Assembly (NCBI GenBank): GCA_031285165.1
Contig: JAITWR010000069.1
Span: 677 to 64,676, forward strand
Source of the DNA: Novosphingobium sp.
GTDB lineage: Bacteria; Pseudomonadota; Alphaproteobacteria; Sphingomonadales; Sphingomonadaceae
Direction of reading: 5' to 3'
DNA: 64,000 nucleotides
The stretch's first letter is position 1. Each line of letters begins with the position of its first letter. Shown piece after piece: positions 9,112 to 17,777 of the stretch. The position numbers and the translations under genes were made by a program. The notes beneath the pieces were generated by a model, which saw only the letters and a program-made list of their open reading frames with translations, was not told the origin of the DNA and made no database searches.

Positions 9112-9714
9112 ATGCCCATGAGCGCAGAGGCAGGACTGGTACGGTTGCTGGAGGAATGCCGTCAGGATCTCCAGCGCTTCCTGCGGGCACGTTGCGGCGA
9201 TGCCGACGAAGCCGAGGACTGTTTGCAGGATCTCTGGCTCAAGGTGGCGAATGGCCATAGCCGGCCGATCGCCAATGGCCGCGCCTATCTCTTTCGCATG
9301 GCGAACAACCTCGTATCGGATCGGCGGCGCACCAGGATGCGCGCCATGCAGCGCGATCGCCTTTGGCTGGAAGCGGATGGGGCGACGGGTGCAGTCGAAC
9401 TGCGCCGCGATCCCTCGCCTGCTGTCGACGAGGAACTGGTGCAGCGTCAGGAGTCCGAACTGCTTGCGCGGTCGATAGCCGCCTTGCCGCCCGGAGCCCG
9501 GCGTGCCCTGCAATTGCACCGCTTCGACGGCCATGGCCAGGCAGAAGTGGCGAGGCTCATGGGGATCAGCCGCAGCGGCGTCGAAAAACATCTGGCGCTG
9601 GCCATGCGCCACTTGCGTACAGCGCTTGCCGACTGCGGATTCTTCGAGACGGCGGCGTCAGGCAAACAGATACGTTCAGGCGCGGGAAAGCTGCGATTGG
9701 ATGGAAAGTCATGA
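9112..9714 (+). CDS. ECF sigma-70 factor (FecI-like)
   Basis: Region 2 'AEDCLQDLWL...AYLFRMANNL' and region 4 'QAEVARLMGISRSGVEKHL'; adjacent to fecR. Confidence 0.9.
   Translation: MPMSAEAGLVRLLEECRQDLQRFLRARCGDADEAEDCLQDLWLKVANGHSRPIANGRAYLFRMANNLVSDRRRTRMRAMQRDRLWLEADGATGAVELRRDPSPAVDEELVQRQESELLARSIAALPPGARRALQLHRFDGHGQAEVARLMGISRSGVEKHLALAMRHLRTALADCGFFETAASGKQIRSGAGKLRLDGKS
9632..9659 (+). promoter_or_regulatory. Putative ECF-sigma promoter inside the sigma gene 3' end, driving fecR and the receptor
   Basis: ACTGCGGA-TTCTTCGAGACG-GCGGCGTC, ending 51 nt before the fecR ATG. Confidence 0.7.
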
Positions 9715-10667
9715 ACAGGGAATTAGAGCAGATTTCAGCCGAAGCGGCGGCATGGCTGGTTGCAAGCGACAATGACGATATGGACTGGGACGGGCTGACA
9801 TTATGGCTTGAAGCCGATCCGCGTCACGCCGCTGCGTATGACGAACTGATGCTGACGAGCGAGGTGGTGCGTGCGCACGAACAGGCATTGCAGGCGGCAT
9901 GTCGCGAGACTGTTCTCGACACGCCGCGCCGGCCCGGGCTTCATGGGATGGCCTGGAAGCGTTGGGCGGGCATGGCGATCGCCGCGTCGTTCGCGCTGGT
10001 TTTCGCTGTGCCGCATTTTCTGCCGGCACCTGCGAAGACCTATCGAGCCGAAGCTGGGGCGACACGTGTAGCACTCATCGACGGGTCCACGATCATGCTT
10101 GCCCCGCACAGCAGCCTCACAGTCTCGGGCGACAGGCAGGAAAAGATCGCGCTTTCAGGAGGAGCGTGGTTCGACATCCGCCACGATCCGGCACGATCGC
10201 TCTCGATCCGGGCCGGAGGCGTCGAAATCAGCGATATAGGCACTCGCTTCGATGTCCAGACGGGAGATCGGCAGGTTCGCGTCGCCGTGGCCGAAGGCGA
10301 GGTCAAGGTCTCGGCGGCGGCGCTCGACGTGCCGCTTCGACTCAGCCAGGGCCGCGGTCTTGTCTTTGACGAGCAGGAGAGAACCGCCATCGTACAAGAT
10401 GTAGCCCGGGAGGCTATCGGGCTTTGGCGAACCGGGCGTCTCAGCTACCGGGACACGCGGTTGTCGCTGGTCGCCGCCGATATCAGTCGCTATGCAGGCG
10501 TCCGGGTCGAAGTTGCACCGTCGTTGCGACACCGTGAATTTTCAGGGACTCTTGTCACCGGCAATGGGGAAGTTGCATTGCGTGATCTCTCCCAGCTCAT
10601 GGGGCTGGAGCTTGCTGGCGGCCGCGGCAGCTATCGCTTGCGCGAATGGCAGCGCGCAGGCTCGTGA
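9711..10667 (+). CDS. fecR: FecR-family anti-sigma/transmembrane sensor
   Basis: N-terminal 'EAAAWL...WLEADPRHAAAY', one TM segment, 'DIGTRFDV' (GT autocleavage site), 'VAEGEV'; ATGA overlap with the sigma gene. Confidence 0.9.
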   Translation: MNRELEQISAEAAAWLVASDNDDMDWDGLTLWLEADPRHAAAYDELMLTSEVVRAHEQALQAACRETVLDTPRRPGLHGMAWKRWAGMAIAASFALVFAVPHFLPAPAKTYRAEAGATRVALIDGSTIMLAPHSSLTVSGDRQEKIALSGGAWFDIRHDPARSLSIRAGGVEISDIGTRFDVQTGDRQVRVAVAEGEVKVSAAALDVPLRLSQGRGLVFDEQERTAIVQDVAREAIGLWRTGRLSYRDTRLSLVAADISRYAGVRVEVAPSLRHREFSGTLVTGNGEVALRDLSQLMGLELAGGRGSYRLREWQRAGS

Positions 10668-12945
10668 GCCGCGGCTGCGCGTAGATTTGTCGGCGACAAC
10701 CCTGTCGCATGCGCTGGCCGAGTTGTCGCGTGAATCTGCGACATCGATCGGCACCGAGGGGCCATTGCCCGATATTCGCACGCCGGGCGTGCATGGGGAA
10801 ATGAGCGTGGGCGAGGCCCTCGCACGGCTGCTCGCCCATTCGGACTACACGGCACGACAGGTTGGCCCTACCGCATGGCGCATCGTGCGCAGAACGCCAG
10901 CGCCGGGCCTGCTTGAGAAACGCGTGCCTGCCGTCCCGTCGGTTGCCGTGCCGCCGCTGGATGCGATGCCCGCTGAACCCATCATCGTGACCGGAGGCAA
11001 GCGTGTGCAATCTCTTGCCGACCTGCCCATGGCCATCTCCGTGGTGCAGCCGGCTCACTATCGCCCCTTCGACCCGGCGGCCGGAACGTCCTGGTTAAGC
11101 AGCGAAGTCGAAGGAATGGTGCTGACCAACCTCGGACCCGGGCGCAACAGTATCTTTCTGCGCGGCATCGCCGACAGCCCTTTCAATGGCGATAGCCAAT
11201 CGACTGTTGCGGTCGTGCTCGACGAGGAGCGGCTGACCTACTCCGCTCCCGACCCCGATATCCGACTGGTCGATGTCGATCGCGTCGAAGTCCTGAAAGG
11301 GCCGCAGGGCGCGCTTTACGGGACTGGCGCGCTAGGCGGAGTCTACCACATCGTCAGCAACCGGCCGGATTTCGAGAAAGCCTCCTTGACGGTTTCCACC
11401 GGCGGTGAAGTGGTCGCCGCCGGCGGCCTGGGCGCTTCGGGCTCCACGGTCGTCAACCTGCCCTTGCGGCCCGGAAGTTCGGCGCTCCGCCTGGTGGGCT
11501 ATGCTGCGCATGAGGCGGGTTGGGTCGATACCGGCAGCCGCCGCAATGCGAACGCCAGCAGCGTGGTCGGCATCCGCAGCGGGCTCGGTTTCGATCTTGC
11601 CGACGGCTGGCGCCTCGACCTCACGGCTTTCGGCCAGTGGCTGAACTCGGCCGACAGCCAGTATGCCTACCGCCCGGGCGCGCGTACTCGGCCGGCCCAG
11701 GGAGCGGAACCGCACGACAACGATCTGCGGCACTTTGCGGGAAGACTGGCGAAGCATGAAGGTTCGCTGGATATCGTCATTTCCAGTGCCCTTACCTGGC
11801 ACGAGGTGAACGACCGGTTCGACGCAACGGTCGGCGCGGATAGTTTCGGTGTCGCCGATCCGCGCTTTCTGACCGACGTGCGCTCCTATCGCGTGTGGGA
11901 CACCGAGGCGCGCATCGCGAACAGGATCGGCGCATTCAACTGGCTGATCGGGCTTTCGCATATCACCGCCCGGCAGGGCAGGGACGTGGCCCTGGCATAT
12001 GGTGCGGCGGACGGCTCGCTGGCGATCGATGCCGAACGGCGGTCGTTCTCGGACACCGCGGTATTCGGCGACCTTACCGCTCCCATCACGAACACACTCA
12101 GGTTGAGCCTCGGTGCCAGGGTGTTCCACAGCGTCGTCAGTCAGTCGGGAAGCGTGTTTTCCACGATCACCACGGATGAACGGCGACGCGACGGGATCAC
12201 TCCCGGCGCATCCCTGATGTGGAACCCGCGAAGGGGACGAACGCTGTTCCTTCGCTATGCTTCGGCTATCCGGCAGGGCGTCATCGGCATCGACGCGGCA
12301 GGCTCTACAGCGCCGCTGAAGGACGATGAACTTTCGACCATCGAAGCCGGATGGCGTGAAGATGTACCGGGTGTCGGCCATGTTGAGATCGGGGCCTACT
12401 TCACTTTGTGGGAAAACTTGCAGTCCGATATCCTGCTGACAGACGGTCTGATCGGAACCCGGACTGCGGGCAATGCCCGGATCGTCGGGTTGGAGGCGTC
12501 CTTCGAGGCGAAGCCCTTGCCGGGCTGGACCCTTCAGGGCGGCATGAGCCTTATCCAGTCGCAACTGGTTACGAACGCGCTGGGATTTGCCGTTGACGAT
12601 CGGCGGCTGCCCGTCATTCCGGAATACACGCTGCGCGGCGCTGTTGAACACGGGTTCGTGCTGGCGGGCAAGCCTGCGGCCGTCAGGATGCAGCTTCGCT
12701 ATCTGGGGCCGGCCCGACTCGGCTTCGATCCCGCCCTCGACCGGCCGATGGGGCGCGTTCTCGAAAGCAGCCTGCATGGCAGCGTCGATCTGGGAAGGTT
12801 CACGGTCGGCGCGGACATCTCCAATATTTTCGGTGGTTCCGGAAACACGTTTTCACTCGGAAATCCGCTGCGGTTCCCTTTACAGCACCAGTTCACACCG
12901 CAAAAACCCACCTCCTTTTCCGTCGGCGTGACCGGACATTTCTGA
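10564..12945 (+). CDS. TonB-dependent transducer with an N-terminal STN signalling domain
   Basis: Signal peptide ending in AQA; STN-like domain 'TLSHALAEL...SVGEALARLL'; TonB box 'IIVTG'; plug 'RVEVLKGPQGALYG'; C-terminal Phe. Start uncertain (10564 or 10582). Confidence 0.85.
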   Translation: MGKLHCVISPSSWGWSLLAAAAAIACANGSAQAREPRLRVDLSATTLSHALAELSRESATSIGTEGPLPDIRTPGVHGEMSVGEALARLLAHSDYTARQVGPTAWRIVRRTPAPGLLEKRVPAVPSVAVPPLDAMPAEPIIVTGGKRVQSLADLPMAISVVQPAHYRPFDPAAGTSWLSSEVEGMVLTNLGPGRNSIFLRGIADSPFNGDSQSTVAVVLDEERLTYSAPDPDIRLVDVDRVEVLKGPQGALYGTGALGGVYHIVSNRPDFEKASLTVSTGGEVVAAGGLGASGSTVVNLPLRPGSSALRLVGYAAHEAGWVDTGSRRNANASSVVGIRSGLGFDLADGWRLDLTAFGQWLNSADSQYAYRPGARTRPAQGAEPHDNDLRHFAGRLAKHEGSLDIVISSALTWHEVNDRFDATVGADSFGVADPRFLTDVRSYRVWDTEARIANRIGAFNWLIGLSHITARQGRDVALAYGAADGSLAIDAERRSFSDTAVFGDLTAPITNTLRLSLGARVFHSVVSQSGSVFSTITTDERRRDGITPGASLMWNPRRGRTLFLRYASAIRQGVIGIDAAGSTAPLKDDELSTIEAGWREDVPGVGHVEIGAYFTLWENLQSDILLTDGLIGTRTAGNARIVGLEASFEAKPLPGWTLQGGMSLIQSQLVTNALGFAVDDRRLPVIPEYTLRGAVEHGFVLAGKPAAVRMQLRYLGPARLGFDPALDRPMGRVLESSLHGSVDLGRFTVGADISNIFGGSGNTFSLGNPLRFPLQHQFTPQKPTSFSVGVTGHF

Positions 12946-13160
12946 CGACGGCGTCAGGCACCGGCCCGACCGTCTCGTCCGAAACAGATTTGCAAAGAAT
13001 TCGCCATGCCGACCGATCGCCGCCCGTCGATGAAGATGGCCGGCAGTGGCGGGATGCGGTCAGCGATGCCCGGTCCGGTCAAAAGCTGTCTCCGTTCCGG
13101 GGAGGATCGGGTGCTGCGTTCAAAAAATGTTCCGCGTGGAGCATATGCGGACCGGGGGTG

Positions 13161-15461
13161 TCACCAGTTGAAGCGGAAGGAGGCGCCGTATTCGCGTGGG
13201 GGCATGTAGGAAATCTGCGAGAACAGACCGGTGTTCCAGGTCGCGGCTTCGACATAGCGTTTGTCGAGCAGGTTATTCGCCCAGAACTCGATCGACCATT
13301 GCTTGCTTTCCGGTTTCCAGCCGATGTTGGCGCGTACCAGATGTGTCGGCTGGATGTGGACGATCGGCGGGTTCAGCAGGTTTTGCAGATATTTGGACGA
13401 GGCGTAAGCATAGCTCGCCCCCATGTTCGCGGTGCCGGAGCCGAGGCCGAATTCATAATTGGCGCCCAGGTTGGTCGCCCATTTCGGCGCATTCTGGAGG
13501 CGGTAACCTTTGAGGTTTATTTCACTTAGCGTTCCTTCGTTGTAGAGGAACTTGCCATAGGTCGCATCCAGATAGGCGACGGACCCGGTCAGGGTGAGGC
13601 CATCGACCGGCAGCGCCGTCACTTCCAGTTCGAAGCCCTTGATGGTGGCTTCGGCCGCGTTGAAAATCGAGGTCAGGATCTTTGCCGGCGTAACGCTGTC
13701 GTCGATCTGGTTTTCGGAAACCTGCATGTGGCGATAGTCGGTGTAGAAAAGCGAGAGGTTGGTGCGCAGGCGGCGGTTCAGCCAGTCGGCTTTCAGTCCG
13801 ATCTCGAAAGTATCGACTGTTTCGGGATTGTAGGGGCCGATCTCCGCAGGTGAAGCGATCCGGCCGACAAAGCCACCCGACTTGAAGCCGCGCGCATAAT
13901 AGCCGTAGAGCAGGGTATTGTTGCTGGCTTTATAGTCCAGACCGACTTTCCAGCCGAACCTGTTCCATGATTTTTTCCCATTTGCGATGAATCCGTCGCC
14001 GAGCGAATTCGCAGACGATTCGAAGAACTGGCCCTTGCCGGCGGGATTGATGAAACTTTCGGTGCCCGCGACCATTTCGGTCTTTTCATGGGTGTAGCGG
14101 ATGCCGGCCTGAAAGCGCAGTTTGTCGGTAATGTCGATGAAACTCTGGGCGAACAGCGATCCTGACCAGTTATCCTGATCCTGTATATTGTGCTGGCTCA
14201 GGCCCGGAGCAAACATATCGAGGATGAGGCGTGCAGAGTGATCGTAGTGGGTTTTCATGTAAAACCCACCGAGGAGCAGGTTCACGGTATCATTGACATC
14301 GACCGAGGTTCGCAGCTCCTGGCTGAATTGCCAGCCTTTGGTGACGCGATAGGTGTCGAGCCGGAAGGCGGGATTGGCCGTTGCATCGTTGTCGGTATAT
14401 TCGGTCAGGCTGAAATGCTTGTAGCCGGTGATGGCGGTGATATCGCCGATACCCGTATTTTTCCAGTCGACCGTCATCGTCGCGCGCCAGGTGTCCATGT
14501 TGCTGACGTCGGGAACGGTATCGTTGGCGGAATAATACTTGTCCGGCGCCCGGCAGGACAGGGCGGCCGAGACACACGGGCTCTGGTACATCGGCAGCGC
14601 TTCGCTGCCGTAGATCGTTCCGGCCGGCGCATAGGCCAGATCTCCCGGCACGGCGCCGCTGACCACGACGGGTGCGCCGTTGCGGGCACGGCCATATTCG
14701 CCCGAAAGCGTGATGGCGAGATCGGCATTGGGGGTATATTTGAGGTAGCTGCGCAGAACCGTCACATTGCGGCTGCCCATATCGGAACCGTCGACGATAT
14801 TGGTGTAATAGCCATCCCGGCCGGTGTGCATGACGGCCACCTTGCCGGCGAGAATATCCTGGACCAGAGGAATATCGACTGCCGCTTTTATATCGATGCG
14901 ATTATAATTGCCATAGGTTACTTCGGCTTTACCGCCGAATACGCCAGTGGGCTGGGCTGTCGTGACACTGACGACGCCCCCGGTCGAGTTCGCCCCGAAC
15001 AGCGTGCCCTGCGGGCCGCGCAGAACCTCGATACGGTCCACGTCGAACAGGTCGAGCAGCGCCCCCATGGAGAAATATTGCGGCACGCCATCCTGCACGA
15101 TGGATACGGTATTTCCTGCGAATGGGTCGGGTTCGATCACCCCGATCCCGCGAATGGTGAAGACCGCGCTGTTGGGCGTATTGGTGAAATTGTTGATCTG
15201 GATATTGGGAACCGCGCCCTGAAGATCCTTGAGGTTGGTGGCATTCATTCTATCCACCATGGAGCCGGACAGCGCCGACACCGAAATCGGCACGCTCTGG
15301 ATATTTTCCGATCGCTTCTGCGCGGTAACCACGATCTCCTCAATCCCCGTCTCTGCTTCGGGGGCCGTGGCGCCTGCATCCTGCGCACAGGCAGGGGCGG
15401 CCATTGCCAGCAAGGCGGGCAGCGAGACACTGCACAGTGCCTGGGTCGGTCCGAGTTTCAT
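13161..15461 (-). CDS. TonB-dependent receptor (paralog 1)
   Basis: 'EEIVVTAQKR', 'RIEVLRGPQGTLFG', C-terminal aromatic residue. Confidence 0.92.
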   Translation of the reverse strand: MKLGPTQALCSVSLPALLAMAAPACAQDAGATAPEAETGIEEIVVTAQKRSENIQSVPISVSALSGSMVDRMNATNLKDLQGAVPNIQINNFTNTPNSAVFTIRGIGVIEPDPFAGNTVSIVQDGVPQYFSMGALLDLFDVDRIEVLRGPQGTLFGANSTGGVVSVTTAQPTGVFGGKAEVTYGNYNRIDIKAAVDIPLVQDILAGKVAVMHTGRDGYYTNIVDGSDMGSRNVTVLRSYLKYTPNADLAITLSGEYGRARNGAPVVVSGAVPGDLAYAPAGTIYGSEALPMYQSPCVSAALSCRAPDKYYSANDTVPDVSNMDTWRATMTVDWKNTGIGDITAITGYKHFSLTEYTDNDATANPAFRLDTYRVTKGWQFSQELRTSVDVNDTVNLLLGGFYMKTHYDHSARLILDMFAPGLSQHNIQDQDNWSGSLFAQSFIDITDKLRFQAGIRYTHEKTEMVAGTESFINPAGKGQFFESSANSLGDGFIANGKKSWNRFGWKVGLDYKASNNTLLYGYYARGFKSGGFVGRIASPAEIGPYNPETVDTFEIGLKADWLNRRLRTNLSLFYTDYRHMQVSENQIDDSVTPAKILTSIFNAAEATIKGFELEVTALPVDGLTLTGSVAYLDATYGKFLYNEGTLSEINLKGYRLQNAPKWATNLGANYEFGLGSGTANMGASYAYASSKYLQNLLNPPIVHIQPTHLVRANIGWKPESKQWSIEFWANNLLDKRYVEAATWNTGLFSQISYMPPREYGASFRFNW

Positions 15462-15605
15462 ATATCTTACTCCCTGTTGCCCCTGACCTGTCATTCCCGG
15501 GCAGGCGAGCCCTGAAGCGCTTCCCGGCAAAAGTGGGTTTGCCGGGCGTGGGCCGTTGCGGGTGTTGCATCCGGGTCTTTACTTAAGGCGGTGCCGTGTT
15601 CTGCA

Positions 15606-15625
15606 AACTCGCACTTTCAACAGGT
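15606..15625. promoter_or_regulatory. lux-box-like site
   Basis: AACTCGCACTTTCAACAGGT (CT-N12-AG); right half ACAGGT is identical to the V. fischeri lux box. Confidence 0.6.
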
Positions 15626-15712
15626 TACAGGAGGGGGGAGGGCGGGTAGTCGGTCTGACAATCACGGATGCGGCCGGTGAAGCCGTATGATCGAGTGCCA
15701 AGGAGACGATGT

Positions 15713-16162
15713 ATGAGTGCCCAACCCACGCTGGAGGAGCGTCGCGCGCTGGAAGACGCGCTGCTCGACTATCTGACCGCTGTTGATGCGCTGGACGATC
15801 TCGACGGGATGGTGGCCTGCTTCACCGAGGATGCGGTTCTGGACCTGTCCGGTCTGGATCTGGATGTTTTCGAGGGGGCACAGGCCATTCGCGGGTTTTA
15901 TGAGCAGGTTTTCAAAACCATGTCTCATCACATGCACACCATGACCAATTTCCGGGTGACCGAATATGCTCCCGGTGCAGCGCGTTGTCATGCCTATGTC
16001 TGCGGCATGGGGCGTTCGCAGGAGGGCACCGACATCCAGGTCTATGTCTATTACGACCTGCGGATGCGCCGGACGGACCGCGGCTGGAAGATTGCCCATT
16101 TCTATGAGGCCCCCAAGCTGCCGATGCCGGATTCGGTGGCGCAGGTTCACAAGAGCAACTGA
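15713..16162 (+). CDS. SnoaL-like/NTF2-family protein
   Basis: AGGAG RBS; 'DYLTAVD...FTEDAVLD', 'HHMHTMTNF', 'RTDRGWKI'. Confidence 0.85.
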   Translation: MSAQPTLEERRALEDALLDYLTAVDALDDLDGMVACFTEDAVLDLSGLDLDVFEGAQAIRGFYEQVFKTMSHHMHTMTNFRVTEYAPGAARCHAYVCGMGRSQEGTDIQVYVYYDLRMRRTDRGWKIAHFYEAPKLPMPDSVAQVHKSN

Positions 16163-16189
16163 CGGGCATCGGCAAAACAGGAAAGCGAC

Positions 16190-17062
16190 ATGGCAGACGC
16201 GGCGAAAATACGGACGAACCGGGGTGAGGCGAAGGATTTCGCGACACGGTTCCATCGCGATGGGGTCTTGCTGGTGGAAGGCGCGTTCAGTGATCGGGAT
16301 ATGGAACTGATCGAGGCGGCCTATCAGGGGAATCTTGATAACCCCAGTCCGCTTGCCCAGCATCTCTATGAGGAGACTGGCGGCACATTCATCCAGTCCG
16401 TCGAGGATTCGAGCGGGAAGCCCGCATTCCAGGCGGTATTTCGGGAAACGCCGGTCGTGGAGATCGCCAAGAGCGTGTTCGGTTCCGGCGATGTCTGGTA
16501 TTTTCACGACCAGCTCTTTTTCAAGGATGGCGGTGTCAAGCCGGTACGGCGCACGCCATGGCATCAGGACACGCCTTATCATCCTGTCGATGGCAGCAAA
16601 TTCGTCGTCTTCTGGATTCCGATGCACGATATTCCTGATGAATCGGCGCTTGAGGTGATTGTCGGGACGCACAACGGCACGCTGTATAATGGCGCCTTCT
16701 TCGATCCCGAGGATGATACGCGGCCCGTTTACGACGAAGCGGCCATGCCCCGGCTGCCCGATGTCGAGGCGGATCGCGGGAAGTGGGACATCATGACCTG
16801 CGGGATGAAGCGGGGCGACGTGCTGATTTTTCACCCCAGCGCGCTTCACGGCGGCGGTGCCTCGCCGGCGGGCTCGCAAAGGCGCAGCCTGTCGTTGCGG
16901 ATGGTCGGTGACGATGTGGTGCGTGTGACACGGCCGAAGGTTGCGGCGGACTCTCCGACCGCCAACAATGTGGGCGACGATGAGGAGGAATTGGTGGCGC
17001 GCCTCAACAAGCTCCCGCTCGGCGAACCCATCCATACGGGTGGCCTGACCAGGCTGGGTTGA
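16190..17062 (+). CDS. Phytanoyl-CoA dioxygenase family Fe(II)/2OG oxygenase
   Basis: 'TPWHQD' (HxD), 'GDVLIFH..ALHG' and 'RRSLSLR'. Confidence 0.85.
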   Translation: MADAAKIRTNRGEAKDFATRFHRDGVLLVEGAFSDRDMELIEAAYQGNLDNPSPLAQHLYEETGGTFIQSVEDSSGKPAFQAVFRETPVVEIAKSVFGSGDVWYFHDQLFFKDGGVKPVRRTPWHQDTPYHPVDGSKFVVFWIPMHDIPDESALEVIVGTHNGTLYNGAFFDPEDDTRPVYDEAAMPRLPDVEADRGKWDIMTCGMKRGDVLIFHPSALHGGGASPAGSQRRSLSLRMVGDDVVRVTRPKVAADSPTANNVGDDEEELVARLNKLPLGEPIHTGGLTRLG

Positions 17063-17113
17063 TATGACAGGAGCGCCGCCCCCATGCCGGTGCGGCGCCT
17101 TTCTGTGCGAAAG

Positions 17114-17644
17114 CTAATCGAAGCCGATGGATCGCACCGGCTCCACACCGTCAAAATCGATGGCTGCTTGGGCGACGGTTTCGTAAAAGGCCGTTAATTG
17201 CTGTGTCGGCGCATAGAGTTCGAGCATGTGGCCGTAAGCCGCAACGGTATCGGCGAAGGCGAAGATGAAGCCATCGTTCATTTCGGCGTAAAGCGCGGTT
17301 GCGAAGCCGCTTGCATTCAGGCGGGCCAGTTCCTGCCCGACATCGTCCACGAACAGCGCGACGTGGTGGATGCCGCTCCTGTTGCTGCCTTCGGGATAGA
17401 CATCGTGGAAAGGCGATGGCCCCGGATTGTTCTGCTGAACGAATTCGATCATGATGTCGCCCCACTGGCCATAGGCCGATGTGTGATCGAGCGGGCGCTG
17501 CACGCCGCGATGGAGCGAGCGCCGCAAGGGGATATTGTCGGCGACGAAATAGGGGCCGGAGCCGAACAGCCGGTGATGCTCCAGCGCGGCGGCGCGCGCA
17601 TCGGGGACGAAATAGGCGACCTGCCGGGGCGGAAGTGAAAGCAT
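17114..17644 (-). CDS. VOC/glyoxalase-family protein
   Basis: 'QVAYFVPD', 'GSGPYF', 'IEFVQQ', 'GIHHVALFVDD'. Confidence 0.8.
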   Translation of the reverse strand: MLSLPPRQVAYFVPDARAAALEHHRLFGSGPYFVADNIPLRRSLHRGVQRPLDHTSAYGQWGDIMIEFVQQNNPGPSPFHDVYPEGSNRSGIHHVALFVDDVGQELARLNASGFATALYAEMNDGFIFAFADTVAAYGHMLELYAPTQQLTAFYETVAQAAIDFDGVEPVRSIGFD

Positions 17645-17710
17645 CGTGACATTCTCCTGACTGGCTCCGGGGGGCGGGCGGCAGCTTATTCCTGGCAATG
17701 TCATCTTGAT

Positions 17711-17730
17711 GACTCGTCAAAACGCTAGGG
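17711..17730. promoter_or_regulatory. lux-box-like site
   Basis: GACTCGTCAAAACGCTAGGG (CT-N12-AG) between divergent genes. Confidence 0.6.
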
Positions 17731-17777
17731 GAGCCGACCCGGCAATTTATGACAGTCTCTCGTCGCAGGAGACGAAT

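Noticed and set aside
12928-12957. Possible fourth ECF promoter (CGGCGTC after the transducer stop)
   Set aside because: No ACTGC -35 element at the right spacing; better explained as the small hairpin CTGACG/CGTCAG.
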